Shown piece after piece: positions 54,272-64,000 of a stretch of 64,000 nt of DNA. This DNA comes from an uncultured Gemmatimonadaceae bacterium (GTDB lineage Bacteria; Gemmatimonadota; Gemmatimonadetes; Gemmatimonadales; Gemmatimonadaceae). The stretch spans positions 1,248,001 through 1,312,000 of the forward strand of contig CAVUDW010000002.1 of assembly GCA_963740355.1 (NCBI GenBank), given 5' to 3'. A program made the position numbers and the translations under genes. The notes under the pieces were generated by a model, which saw only the letters and a list, made by a program, of their open reading frames with translations, did not search any database and was not told the origin of the DNA. Each line of letters begins with the position of its first letter. Within the stretch, counting starts at the first letter, position 1.

Positions 54272-57200
54272 ATGCGCCGCCTCCACTCGCTGCTGCTTCT
54301 CACCGCGCTACTGCCGGCCGTCGCCGGTGCGCAGGAAGCCCGTCTGCTCCGCGATCCAACGATCAGCGCCACCGACATCGCGTTCACCTATGGTGCCGAT
54401 CTCTGGATCGTCGCACGCACGGGCGGTACCGCGCGTCGTCTCACCTCGACGCCCGCAGTCGAAAGTGATCCGCACTTCTCGACCGACGGCAAGTCGATCG
54501 CGTTCACGTCGAACCGGTCAGGTTCCGCGCAGGTCTATGTGATGAGCACCGCCGGTGGGGATGCCACCCGACTCACATGGCACCCTGCGGAGTCGTACGC
54601 GCGCGGCTGGTCACCCGATGGAGCGCGTGTGCTCTACGCATCGGAACGCGGCGTTGGCCCAGCCCGATACAGTCGTCTCTGGACGGTGCGTGCGAATGGT
54701 GGCCCGTCCACGATGCTTCCAGCGCCGTGGGGACAGGATGGATCCTATGACCCCACGGGAACGAAGCTGATCGTCGATCGCGTCGATCGCTGGGACATCG
54801 AATGGCGGGGCTATCGCGGTGGCCAGAACACGGCGCTCACGATTCTCGACCTCAATGACCTGTCCGAGACGCGACTGCCGAACGAGCGCACGCAGGACAC
54901 GCGGCCGGTCTGGCTCGGCGGCTCGATCTACTTCCTTTCCGATCGTGATTGGGCGGCGAACGTCTGGTCGTACAACGTGGCGACGAAGGCACTCACGCAG
55001 GTCACTCACTTCAAGGATGCCGACGTCAAGCGGCTGTCCGGTGGCGCCGGGATGCTGGTGCTCGAGCAGGACGGATACCTGCACACGCTCGATCCTGCGA
55101 CCGGCCGGACGACCAAACTCTCGATCACCGTGCCCGGCGATTTTCAGTGGGCTGATGCACGGTGGGAAGATGTCTCGAAGCAGATCGGTGCTGCGTCGCT
55201 CGGGCCGAGTGGTGCACGCGCCGTGTTCGAGGCGCGTGGCGAGATCTTCACGGTGCCTGTCGAGAATGGAGACGCACGCAACCTCACCGCCTCCAGCGGC
55301 GCCGCCGATCGGGCACCCGTCTGGGCGCCTGATGGCAAGCAGGTGGCATGGTTCTCCGACGCGGGCGAAGGGTATCGCCTGTTGATCGGTGCCGCCGATG
55401 GCCGCGGTACGCCACGCGCCCTGTCGATTGGCGAATCGAAGATGGCGTGGGAGCCGACCTGGTCACCCGATGGATCACGCATCGCGTTTTTCGACGATGA
55501 CGTGCGGTTGCGCGTGATCGAAGTGGCGAGCGGGAAGATCATCACCGCAGATGTCGGCGGCAGCAACATCGATCGCGGGAACTCCGGGTTGGTCTGGTCG
55601 GGCGACTCCAAGTGGCTCGCGTACGGCAAGACGTTCGCGAACAACTTCCATCGCATCGTGGCATGGTCGGTCGCGACCGGGAAGGCGACGGCGCTCACCG
55701 ATGGCATGGCAGATGCCATTCGCCCGGCCTTTGACCGCGACGGGCGGCATCTGTATTTCCTCGCCAGCACCGATCTCGCGCTCGCGTCAGGCTGGGCGAA
55801 CACCAGTTCGATCGGTGCCGATCCGAACTACGGCGTCTATGTCGCCGTCCTGCGTGCCGACGATCCGAGTCCGTTCATCCCGAAGAGCGACGAGGAAGCG
55901 GCACCGACGCCGGCGAAGCCCGATACCTCGGCAGCGGCGCGCGAAGTCCGAATTGATTTCACGAACTTCGACCGCCGCATCGTCGCGCTGCCGTTGCCGG
56001 TCAAGCACTATCGCGAACTCGTTGCGGGCCCCAAGGGCTCGGTGTTCATCGGCGCTCGCACGGAGGATGGCCCTGGCCTGGCGTTCAGCAAGTTCACGCT
56101 TTCCGAGAAGAAGGCCGATGCCTTCGTGCGCGGCGTGCGCGATCTCTCCGTCTCGGCGGATGGCAAGAAATTGCTCTATCTCTCCGGCGAGACATGGGCC
56201 GTGGTCGGCACGGATGCCCCTCCAGCCCCAGGCAAGGGCGTGCTCAACCTGTCGTTGCGCACGCATCTCGACCGCCGCGCCGAATGGCGCCAGATCTTCG
56301 ACGAGACGTGGCGCTACGAGCGCGACTTCTTCTACGACCCCGGCATGCACGGCAACGACTGGAACGCCGTGCGTGCGCGGTATCGTCCGTTGGTGGAGCA
56401 TGTGCGCCATCGCGATGACCTGAACTACATCCTCGACCAGGTGAACGGTGAGTTGTCGGTCGGCCACTCGTTCGTGTTCGGCGGTGACATGCCGGCGGTG
56501 GATACCAGCCGTGTCGGGTTGCTCGGTGCAGATCTCGCGGCAGAGAATGGGCGTTGGCGGATCACGCGCATCCTGACCTACGAAAGCTGGAACCCTGGCC
56601 TCAAGGCTCCGCTGGATCGCGCCGGACTGTCGGTGCGCGCGGGTGACTATCTGCTCGCGGTGAACGGCCATGAACTGACGGCCAACGATGATCCATATCG
56701 CTGGCTCGACGGCACGGCCGACAAGCAGACCACCATCCAGGTCAATGCGCGCCCGGTGATGGACGGCGCGCGCACCGAAGTCGTGACGCCGGTCGACAAC
56801 GAGAATGAGTTGCGCACGCGTGCCTGGGTCGAGGACAATCGCCGCCGTGTCGATGAGCTCTCGGGTGGCAAGCTTGCCTACGTGTGGGTGCCGAACACCG
56901 GCGGTGGCGGATATCGCTCGTTCAATCGGTATCTCTTCGCCCAGCAGGACAAGGCGGGCGCGGTGATCGATGAACGCTTCAATGGTGGCGGAAATCTCGA
57001 CGACTACATGGTGGACTACATGACGCGTACGCTGCGCGCGGCCGTCACCAACGAAGTCCCCGGTGGTGCACACTTCGCGTTGCCGCAGGGCGTGCTTGGC
57101 CCGAAGGTGCTGCTGATCAACGAGCTGGCCGGATCGGGTGGCGACTACTTCCCGTGGGCGTTCCGCCAGCAAAAGGTCGGACCGCTGATCGGCGCACGCA

Positions 57201-57484
57201 CGTGGGGCGGCCTGGTGAAGTCGTCGGTGCACTATGCGCTGGTCGATGGTGGTGCAGTCACCGCGCCGGACAACGCCGTCTTCGATCCGATCAACAACAA
57301 GTGGATTGCGGAGAACGAAGGGGTGCCGCCGGATATCGAGGTCCTGCTCGATGCGAAGTCGGTGGCCGCCGGGCGCGATCCGCAGCTCGAACGTGCGGTG
57401 CAGGAAGCGTTGCGACTGGTGAACGCTGCGGCCCGCAAGCCGCTCACGCCACCGCCATTCTCGCGGCCGTCGAAGCGGCCCTGA
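54272..57484 (+). CDS. Tricorn protease homolog (peptidase S41)
   Basis: Propeller repeats (WSPDG), ELSVGH, PDZ region, DERFNGGG, catalytic GSGGD, RTWGG, ENEGVPPD. Confidence 0.95.
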   Translation: MRRLHSLLLLTALLPAVAGAQEARLLRDPTISATDIAFTYGADLWIVARTGGTARRLTSTPAVESDPHFSTDGKSIAFTSNRSGSAQVYVMSTAGGDATRLTWHPAESYARGWSPDGARVLYASERGVGPARYSRLWTVRANGGPSTMLPAPWGQDGSYDPTGTKLIVDRVDRWDIEWRGYRGGQNTALTILDLNDLSETRLPNERTQDTRPVWLGGSIYFLSDRDWAANVWSYNVATKALTQVTHFKDADVKRLSGGAGMLVLEQDGYLHTLDPATGRTTKLSITVPGDFQWADARWEDVSKQIGAASLGPSGARAVFEARGEIFTVPVENGDARNLTASSGAADRAPVWAPDGKQVAWFSDAGEGYRLLIGAADGRGTPRALSIGESKMAWEPTWSPDGSRIAFFDDDVRLRVIEVASGKIITADVGGSNIDRGNSGLVWSGDSKWLAYGKTFANNFHRIVAWSVATGKATALTDGMADAIRPAFDRDGRHLYFLASTDLALASGWANTSSIGADPNYGVYVAVLRADDPSPFIPKSDEEAAPTPAKPDTSAAAREVRIDFTNFDRRIVALPLPVKHYRELVAGPKGSVFIGARTEDGPGLAFSKFTLSEKKADAFVRGVRDLSVSADGKKLLYLSGETWAVVGTDAPPAPGKGVLNLSLRTHLDRRAEWRQIFDETWRYERDFFYDPGMHGNDWNAVRARYRPLVEHVRHRDDLNYILDQVNGELSVGHSFVFGGDMPAVDTSRVGLLGADLAAENGRWRITRILTYESWNPGLKAPLDRAGLSVRAGDYLLAVNGHELTANDDPYRWLDGTADKQTTIQVNARPVMDGARTEVVTPVDNENELRTRAWVEDNRRRVDELSGGKLAYVWVPNTGGGGYRSFNRYLFAQQDKAGAVIDERFNGGGNLDDYMVDYMTRTLRAAVTNEVPGGAHFALPQGVLGPKVLLINELAGSGGDYFPWAFRQQKVGPLIGARTWGGLVKSSVHYALVDGGAVTAPDNAVFDPINNKWIAENEGVPPDIEVLLDAKSVAAGRDPQLERAVQEALRLVNAAARKPLTPPPFSRPSKRP

Positions 57485-57708
57485 TCAGAACCGCGGGGCT
57501 GGTCGCGTGACCTGGGGGATCAGAGTCGAGTGACCGGTCAGTACCGGAACACACCGCCCGCCGACGGAGGCCCGAATGCCGTCGGTGGCGCGGTCGCTGA
57601 CCACCGACGGGCCATCCGCCGTTCGGCGGACTTCGTTGCGGAGGGACGGCGCGTTATCGTGCGGGTTGATGCTGCAGGGGCCGGCGACTTGCTCGAGCAT
57701 GCCACCTG

Positions 57709-58761
57709 ATGCCCCCCAATCTCCCGCTTGAGACCATCGTGACCGCAGCCGCAGATACCGAAGAGTCCCCACATGTCGACCAGGACGATCTTGGTTTCGG
57801 CCGGATCGTTGGACAGCAGGTTCGTGGACGCTTCCTGAACCGTGATGGATCGCCCAACAGCCGGAAGTTCGGGCTCGGACCGCAGCGACTCGAGCGACTC
57901 TATCTCGGCGCCCTCAATACGACCTGGCTGACCTTCCTCGGCTGGTCGCTGAGCGCGATCATGTTGCTCAACGGGTGCTTCACACTCGCCTACATCGCCC
58001 TTGGCACGAAGGCGATCGCGGGTCAGGAACTGGCGGGCATTGCGGATCCGTTCCTCTCCGCCTTCAGCTTCAGCCTGGCAGTCTTCACCACCTCGGATAC
58101 CACGCCGATGTACGCCGTGGGTGCCACGGCGCATTGGTTGGTGATCTTCGAGTCGCTCCTCGGCCCGTTGTGTGTGATCGCAGTCGCTGGCCTGCTGATC
58201 GCACGGTTGATTCGTCCCCGCATGCGGCTTCGCTTCAGCGAGTCTGCGGTGGTGGCACCGTACGAAGACGGCCGCGGCCTCATGTTCCGCATCGTCAACA
58301 CGCAGCCAAGCGAGTTGAGTGATGTGCATGTGCGCGCCAATCTCGCCATGTTCGAGACGCACAACGGCGTGCGCTCGCGTGAGTTCTATCAGCTCGACCT
58401 CGAACTCGACCAGGTCCAGTTCTTCTCGCTACACTGGACGATCGTACACCCGATCACCGACAGCAGCCCACTCCGCGGATTTACGCAGGCCATGTGGCGC
58501 GAGGCTGAGGCCGAACTGTTCATCGCCATCAACGCGCACGAGGAGACGTTCTCGACCCGTGTCACGGCTCGCACGTCGTACATCGGCGACGAGATTCGCT
58601 GGGATGCAAAGTTCGCGAGTGTCTTCGTCAGCTCGCCTGACGCGGTGATCACCATCGACGTCGAGCGCCTTGATCGCCTCGAAACGCTGCCCGACGGAAC
58701 CACCAGCCAGCCGGCTGCAGCAGAGCTCAATGCAACGGCTCCACCAGCCGGGCGTCAGTAG
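57709..58761 (+). CDS. KirBac-type inward-rectifier channel homolog with a non-canonical selectivity filter
   Basis: DLGFG, RFLNRDG, two TM helices, ARLIRP...RFS..AVV, LMFRIVN, WTIVHPITDSSPL, ARTSY..DEI.W...F. Confidence 0.9.
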   Translation: MPPNLPLETIVTAAADTEESPHVDQDDLGFGRIVGQQVRGRFLNRDGSPNSRKFGLGPQRLERLYLGALNTTWLTFLGWSLSAIMLLNGCFTLAYIALGTKAIAGQELAGIADPFLSAFSFSLAVFTTSDTTPMYAVGATAHWLVIFESLLGPLCVIAVAGLLIARLIRPRMRLRFSESAVVAPYEDGRGLMFRIVNTQPSELSDVHVRANLAMFETHNGVRSREFYQLDLELDQVQFFSLHWTIVHPITDSSPLRGFTQAMWREAEAELFIAINAHEETFSTRVTARTSYIGDEIRWDAKFASVFVSSPDAVITIDVERLDRLETLPDGTTSQPAAAELNATAPPAGRQ

Positions 58762-58779
58762 GCGATCAGAGGCATCGGG

Positions 58780-60351
58780 TCAGCGCACATCTCCGGCGCC
58801 GACCCGCACCGCTTCGTGATCCAGTTCTTCCTCCAGCTGCCGCAGGGTCTCATCGGAAATTGCGCCTTCGTTACGGAGGCGCACCAGCATCCGCCGCTCG
58901 GCCCGTAACACGCCGGTCCGGAGCTGTCGGTGCGTGAGATCGTGCGAATTGCGCTCGTGGTGCTGCATCCGATCGCGAAGCTCGCGTCGGATCCGGTCCA
59001 CCTCGGTCTGGTCGGCCCATGGTTCGCGCGCCAGGTCCTCGAGAGCCTCGGCGCCGCGCCGCATCGCCTCGCGGCGTGCATGACGCTCTTCCTCGTGATG
59101 TGTGCTGTCCGGCGCAAAGTCGAAGCGCTTGATGATCGGCGTCAACGTCAGCCCCTGGACCACCAGCGTGATCATGATCACACACATCGTGATCAGGATG
59201 ATCTCGGCGCGGTAGGGAAATGGTGCACCATTCGACAGCACCAGCGGCAGCGCGAGCGCTGACGCGAGCGAGACAATACCGCGCATGCCCGTCCACGCGA
59301 CCAACGCCACCGCCTTCGGGTTCGGCTCCGGCTCGCGACGGCGGATGTCGGCACTGAGCCAGCGTGGCAGCCAAGTCGCCACCGGCACCCACACCATTCG
59401 CAGGACAATGGCGACGATGCTGATCGCCACGCCAGCCATGAGCACGGCGCCGAGTGTGCCTGGGGGGACTTCCTTCATGAGGGGGCCGAACTGCAAGCCC
59501 AGGATCAGGAAGATGAGCGCGTTGATCACGAACACGATCAGGTCCCACACCGAGCGTGATTGCAGCCGAGACATCGGTGAGATGACCGTCGAGAAGTGCT
59601 GGCGCAGGTACACACCGCCGGCCACACACGCCAGCACCGCCGATACGTGAATCGACTCCGCCGCGACCCAGGCGAGGTACGGCGCGGCGATCGTCATCAG
59701 CGTTTCAGCCAGTGAATCCTTCGTCCAGCGCGCAGCGCGCACGACGCACCAACTGACCAGCAGCCCGATCAACGCGCCGACGGCGGCGTCGATGAAGAAC
59801 CGAACCACCGCTTCGCCGAGACTGAAGACGCCGGTGACAGCCGCCGCGACCGCCGTGCGAAAGAGCACCAGCGCCGCGGCATCGTTCACCAGGCTTTCCC
59901 CTTCGAGAATCACCACCACGCGGCGCGGCACAGGCAGCCGCGATACCACGGCCGCCGCCGCCACGGCATCGGGTGGCGAAACGATCGCACCGATCGCCAC
60001 CGCGACCGCCCACGGGAGACCGGGCAGCAGACCGCGTGCGGCAATCGCGACCACCGCGGTGGTGACGAACACGAGGCCAACGGCCAACAGGCTGATGGGG
60101 CGAATGGCCTGCTTGAACTCGCGCACCGACGTGAAGAACGCGGCTGCCCAGAGGATGGGTGGCAGGAACACGAAGAAGACGAGGTCCGGTTCCAGCTCCG
60201 GGACACGAACCCCGGGAATGAAACCAAGTGCCAGACCTGCCAGCACCTGCAGGATCGGTGACGGCACGGGCAGGCGACGGGCCAGTGCCGTGATCGCGAC
60301 GACGAGCGCCGCGACTGCGATGGCAACGAGGATTGGCTGGAATGGCGACAT
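58780..60351 (-). CDS. Na+/H+ antiporter, CPA1 family
   Basis: FLPPILW, GAIVSPPDAVA, ILEGESLVND, WTGMRGIVSLA, LVVQGLTL. Confidence 0.94.
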   Translation of the reverse strand: MSPFQPILVAIAVAALVVAITALARRLPVPSPILQVLAGLALGFIPGVRVPELEPDLVFFVFLPPILWAAAFFTSVREFKQAIRPISLLAVGLVFVTTAVVAIAARGLLPGLPWAVAVAIGAIVSPPDAVAAAAVVSRLPVPRRVVVILEGESLVNDAAALVLFRTAVAAAVTGVFSLGEAVVRFFIDAAVGALIGLLVSWCVVRAARWTKDSLAETLMTIAAPYLAWVAAESIHVSAVLACVAGGVYLRQHFSTVISPMSRLQSRSVWDLIVFVINALIFLILGLQFGPLMKEVPPGTLGAVLMAGVAISIVAIVLRMVWVPVATWLPRWLSADIRRREPEPNPKAVALVAWTGMRGIVSLASALALPLVLSNGAPFPYRAEIILITMCVIMITLVVQGLTLTPIIKRFDFAPDSTHHEEERHARREAMRRGAEALEDLAREPWADQTEVDRIRRELRDRMQHHERNSHDLTHRQLRTGVLRAERRMLVRLRNEGAISDETLRQLEEELDHEAVRVGAGDVR

Positions 60352-60361
60352 GTCTGGACGG

Positions 60362-61411
60362 TCAGGCGCTGACTGGCGTACCGAGTGCTGCTCGAACTCG
60401 TGGTGCGACGGCGGTGCCGAGCAGCTCGATCGCGCGCAACATCTTCTCGTGCGGCAAGGTGGACACACCCATCTGGAAGGTGAAGCGCACGATGCCGCCG
60501 AGATCTTCATTGATCCGCAGCAACTTGGTGGCGACCGTCTCCGGATCACCGATCACCAGTGCGCCAGTGGGGCCGCGCTGCGCGTCGAACTGCGCCCGCG
60601 TGGTCGGCGGCCAGCCGCGCTCCTTCCCGATCTCGGTGAAGGTGTGCGCATAGCCAGGATAGAACTCGTTTGCGGCACCGTCGGTGGTGTCGGCCAGGAA
60701 TCCGATCGAGTGCACACCGACCTTGAGCGCCTCTGCCGCGTGACCCGCACGGCGGCCAGCGTCACGATAGAGATCGACCAGTGGCCGGAACCGTCGATGT
60801 TCACCGCCGATGATCGCCACCATCAAGGGAAGTCCGAGTGTGCCGGCGCGCACGAACGATGCTGGCGTTCCTCCGACTCCGACCCAGATTGGCAATGGCG
60901 TCTGGAGCGGCCGTGGATAAATCGCCTGGCCCGTCAACGGCGCGCGATGCTGGCCAGACCAGTGTACTCGCGTATTCTCGCGGATGGCGAGGAGGAGCTG
61001 CAGCTTTTCAGCGAAGAGCGAGTCGTAGTCCTCCAGCTGGAGGCCAAACAGCGGATATGACTCGATGAAGCTGCCGCGGCCAGCCACGATCTCGGCGCGA
61101 CCATTCGAGATCAGGTCCAGCGTCGCGAACTCCTGAAAGACGCGCACCGGATCGGCGGCGCTCAACACCGTCACGGCACTCGTGAGACGAATCCGCTCGG
61201 TGATCGCCGCCGCCGCCGCGAGGATGACCGCTGGTGCCGAGTCGAGGAACTCCGGACGGTGATGTTCGCCGATCCCGAAGACATCCAGACCGACACGATC
61301 CGCCAGCGCGATTTCCTGCAACAGCGTCTGCATCCGCTCAACTGGCGTCAGTGCCACGCCGGTGACCGGGTCAGGAATGGCCGCGGCAAAGCTATCGATA
61401 CCGATCTGCAC
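60362..61411 (-). CDS. LLM-class flavin-dependent oxidoreductase
   Basis: GIGEHHRPEF, RLTSAVTVLS.DPVRVFQEFATLD, GRGSFIESYPLFG. Confidence 0.93.
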   Translation of the reverse strand: MQIGIDSFAAAIPDPVTGVALTPVERMQTLLQEIALADRVGLDVFGIGEHHRPEFLDSAPAVILAAAAAITERIRLTSAVTVLSAADPVRVFQEFATLDLISNGRAEIVAGRGSFIESYPLFGLQLEDYDSLFAEKLQLLLAIRENTRVHWSGQHRAPLTGQAIYPRPLQTPLPIWVGVGGTPASFVRAGTLGLPLMVAIIGGEHRRFRPLVDLYRDAGRRAGHAAEALKVGVHSIGFLADTTDGAANEFYPGYAHTFTEIGKERGWPPTTRAQFDAQRGPTGALVIGDPETVATKLLRINEDLGGIVRFTFQMGVSTLPHEKMLRAIELLGTAVAPRVRAALGTPVSA

Positions 61412-61607
61412 AGCAGGAACTCCTCGCGCCGGAAGTGGCCGGCGTGCCATTGGTTCGGAATCACCGCCCGGCGAGACGCCGGCGATACATGATCGAGCGG
61501 GCACGCGGCGCCAGCCGACCGCGTGCCTGTGATCGATTCAATCATATCGACGCTCGCCCGTCAGCAGCCACTTCCTTGCGACGCGGCGGCTGCGCATCAT
61601 TGCCCGA

Positions 61608-62771
61608 ATGCCGACCACCGCCAGCCGTCTCAACGTCTTCACCGAATCCGTCATCCGCGGCACGACGCGGATGTCCGACCAGTACGGTGCCATCAACCTC
61701 TCGCAGGGGTTTCCGGACTTCGATCCGCCGGAAGCGATGCTGGCGGCTCTCGAGCGGGCCACGCGCGGCCCGTTTCACCAGTATGCCGTCACGTGGGGCG
61801 CACCGCGGTTTCGTGACGCATTGGCGGCCAAGATTCGTCGCTTCGCCGGTGTCGAGATCGATCCTGTGCAGCACCTGGTGGTGACCTGCGGCAGCACCGA
61901 GGCGATGGCGGCAGCGATGATGACGACCTGCAATCCAGGCGACAAGGTGATCGTGTTCTCGCCGTTCTACGAGAACTATGCCGCCGATGCGATCCTCTCC
62001 GGTGCCGTGCCGATCTACGTGCACCTGCGACCGCCGACATTCGACTTCGACCCCGATGAACTGCGGCTCGCCTTCGAGCAGACGCCGAAGGCGATCGTCA
62101 TCTGCAATCCCGGCAATCCGACGGGCAAGGTGTTCACGCGCGACGAGTTGCTGTTCATCCTGCAGCTCGCCGAGGAGCACGACTGCTACGTGATCACCGA
62201 TGAGCCGTACGAGCACATCGTCTACGCGCCGCACGTGCACACCTACATGTGTGCGCTGCCGGGCGCCGAGGAGCGTGTGATCACCTGCAATTCACTCTCC
62301 AAGACCTATTCGATCACCGGCTGGCGGCTCGGCTACGTGCAGGGCCCGCCCGATGTGATCGCGCAGGCGCGCAAGGTGCATGATTTCCTCACCATTGGCG
62401 CGGCGGCGCCACTGCAGGAGGCGGCCGTGGCGGGGCTCGAGTTGCCGCAGAGTTACTACGATGGGCTGACCACGAACTACACCGCCAAGCGCACTCTCTT
62501 CCTCGAATACCTGCGCCAGGCGGGCCTGCCGTTCACGGAACCGCAGGGGGCGTACTACGTGATGGTCGACATCGGATCGCTTGGATTCGCGACTGACACC
62601 GAAGCGTCGGAGTGGTTCATCCGCAAGGTTGGTGTCGCGGGTGTGGCTGGCTCCAGCTTCTTCCGCGAACCAACGCACAACTTCATGCGGTTCCACTTCG
62701 CCAAGCGAGACGAGACGCTGCACGCGGCGGGGGAGCGTCTGGCGAAGGTGCAGGAGATTCGGCGAGGCTGA
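61608..62771 (+). CDS. Class I/II PLP-dependent aminotransferase
   Basis: INLSQGFPD, NPGNPTGK, TDEPYE, SLSKTYSITGWRLG. Confidence 0.95.
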   Translation: MPTTASRLNVFTESVIRGTTRMSDQYGAINLSQGFPDFDPPEAMLAALERATRGPFHQYAVTWGAPRFRDALAAKIRRFAGVEIDPVQHLVVTCGSTEAMAAAMMTTCNPGDKVIVFSPFYENYAADAILSGAVPIYVHLRPPTFDFDPDELRLAFEQTPKAIVICNPGNPTGKVFTRDELLFILQLAEEHDCYVITDEPYEHIVYAPHVHTYMCALPGAEERVITCNSLSKTYSITGWRLGYVQGPPDVIAQARKVHDFLTIGAAAPLQEAAVAGLELPQSYYDGLTTNYTAKRTLFLEYLRQAGLPFTEPQGAYYVMVDIGSLGFATDTEASEWFIRKVGVAGVAGSSFFREPTHNFMRFHFAKRDETLHAAGERLAKVQEIRRG

Positions 62772-62804
62772 TCGCACGACGGCGGCGTCGCCGATCGCTT
62801 CACG

Positions 62805-64000
62805 TCACTGGCGCATCCTCATCGACTCGAACGCGACCTCGGCTTCGAGACTTTCGCGGTCGCGCCCGACCGTCGCCACCGCCACCAGCTTCCCGTTCAT
62901 GTGGTAGTCCACACGGAAATCAGGAGCGGCGATATCGAATGACCCGCTCGCCGTCGCCGTGAACCCGCGATCCGCGTGACCGACGTAGAGCAGTGTGACG
63001 TCATACTGCTCCGTCCAGAAGAAGGGCACCGCATCGAACGCCTTGTGTTGGCCGAGCATGTTTCGGGCGGCGGCCTGCCCTTGGCGTTCGGCCACGACCC
63101 AGTGTTCGACCCGCGTCAACGCGCCCGTATGCACATCCGGCCAGCGCGCGATGTCGCCAGCAGCAAAGATGTCGGGCGTGGCTGTTTGCATGTACGCGTC
63201 CACCAGCACGCCATTGTCACCGGTAAGCCCTGCGGTCGCCGCGAGCTCGGTGGATGGGCGCACCCCGACTCCGACGACGACGACATCTGCCGCGATGATT
63301 TCACCCGTCGCAAGTGTCACCTGGTGTGGTGCGATCTGGACGACAGTCGTACCGAGATGAAACTGCACGCCGTGATTTTCGTGCAGGCGCTGCATGAACG
63401 CCCCGACGTCATCGCCCAGCACACGCGACATCGGGATCGCGTCCGGCGCCACCACATGCACGTCGATGCCACGCGCCCGCAACGCGGCCGCCGCTTCCAT
63501 GCCGATGAAGCTGGCGCCGATGACCACTGCGCTGCGTGCTTGCGCGGCATCGGTCGCAATCGCTTCGCTGTCGGTCAGGGAGCGAAGCGTGTGGACATGC
63601 GGCAACTCCGCGCCAGGCGTGTCGAGCCGGATCGGCGTCGCACCGGTTGCGAGCAGCAGCTTTGCATATGGAACGCGCGCACCGCCGGTGATGACGACCT
63701 CCCGCGCCGCAGCATCGATCGATTCGACCCGTGTGGCGAGGCGCAGGTCGATGTTCCACTCGCGATAGAAGTCGATCGGCCGCAGGAAGTTGTATTCGTG
63801 CGGTATGCTGCCGCTGATGGTGCCCTTGGAGAAGTTCGGACGATCGGCAGGCGCATTGGTGTCGGCACTCAACATCGTGATCGGGCCCATGTACCCTTCC
63901 GTCCGAAGCATCTCGGCGGCGGAATTCCCGGCGGCGCCGCCACCCACGATCACGATCGGAAGCGCATCGTCTGCGACCAGCATCGGTGCGGCCGGGGGCG
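62805..64000 (-). CDS. FAD/NAD-dependent oxidoreductase, ferredoxin reductase/AIF-like (N-terminus probably outside the window)
   Basis: IVGGGAAG, DRPNFSK, LLATGA, IGASFIGME, FAAGDIA, RVEHW, VPFFWT. Confidence 0.9.
   Translation of the reverse strand, partial: PPAAPMLVADDALPIVIVGGGAAGNSAAEMLRTEGYMGPITMLSADTNAPADRPNFSKGTISGSIPHEYNFLRPIDFYREWNIDLRLATRVESIDAAAREVVITGGARVPYAKLLLATGATPIRLDTPGAELPHVHTLRSLTDSEAIATDAAQARSAVVIGASFIGMEAAAALRARGIDVHVVAPDAIPMSRVLGDDVGAFMQRLHENHGVQFHLGTTVVQIAPHQVTLATGEIIAADVVVVGVGVRPSTELAATAGLTGDNGVLVDAYMQTATPDIFAAGDIARWPDVHTGALTRVEHWVVAERQGQAAARNMLGQHKAFDAVPFFWTEQYDVTLLYVGHADRGFTATASGSFDIAAPDFRVDYHMNGKLVAVATVGRDRESLEAEVAFESMRMRQ

Overview
A GC-rich bacterial chromosome segment. 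The 16S sequence and gene order suggest Gemmatimonadota, judged from recall rather than a database search. The first ~23 kb is housekeeping. On the minus strand: lepA, a GT9 heptosyltransferase, ROK kinase, PfkB kinase, a STAS/HATPase kinase, a STAS-like partner, a small beta-barrel protein, a trans-sulfuration enzyme and ftsE-ftsX. On the plus strand: DUF58, a BatA-type protein, mfd, two PPIases, pdxA, pilT and typA. A stand-alone 16S rRNA gene follows, with its own promoter, processing stalk and terminator and no 23S/5S; tRNA-Ile(GAT) lies 1.7 kb away under a separate promoter. The remaining ~37 kb is accessory: periplasmic and surface enzymes, Ig-like lipoprotein paralogs (one with a 53-unit Pro-Thr repeat), a split PAS + soluble chemoreceptor pair, a PQQ-cytochrome c dehydrogenase, ABC, TonB and tricorn genes, a KirBac channel with a non-canonical filter, and a Na+/H+ antiporter. 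Seven single-base insertions break four genes in the first 21 kb and are probably sequencing errors. I found no CRISPR array, transposase or integrase. The best candidates for novelty are the STAS/kinase partner-switch module, a possible pseudoknotted RNA upstream of pilT, the dismantled rRNA operon, the PT-repeat Ig lipoprotein and the altered KirBac filter. All family assignments come from motif recognition, not searches.
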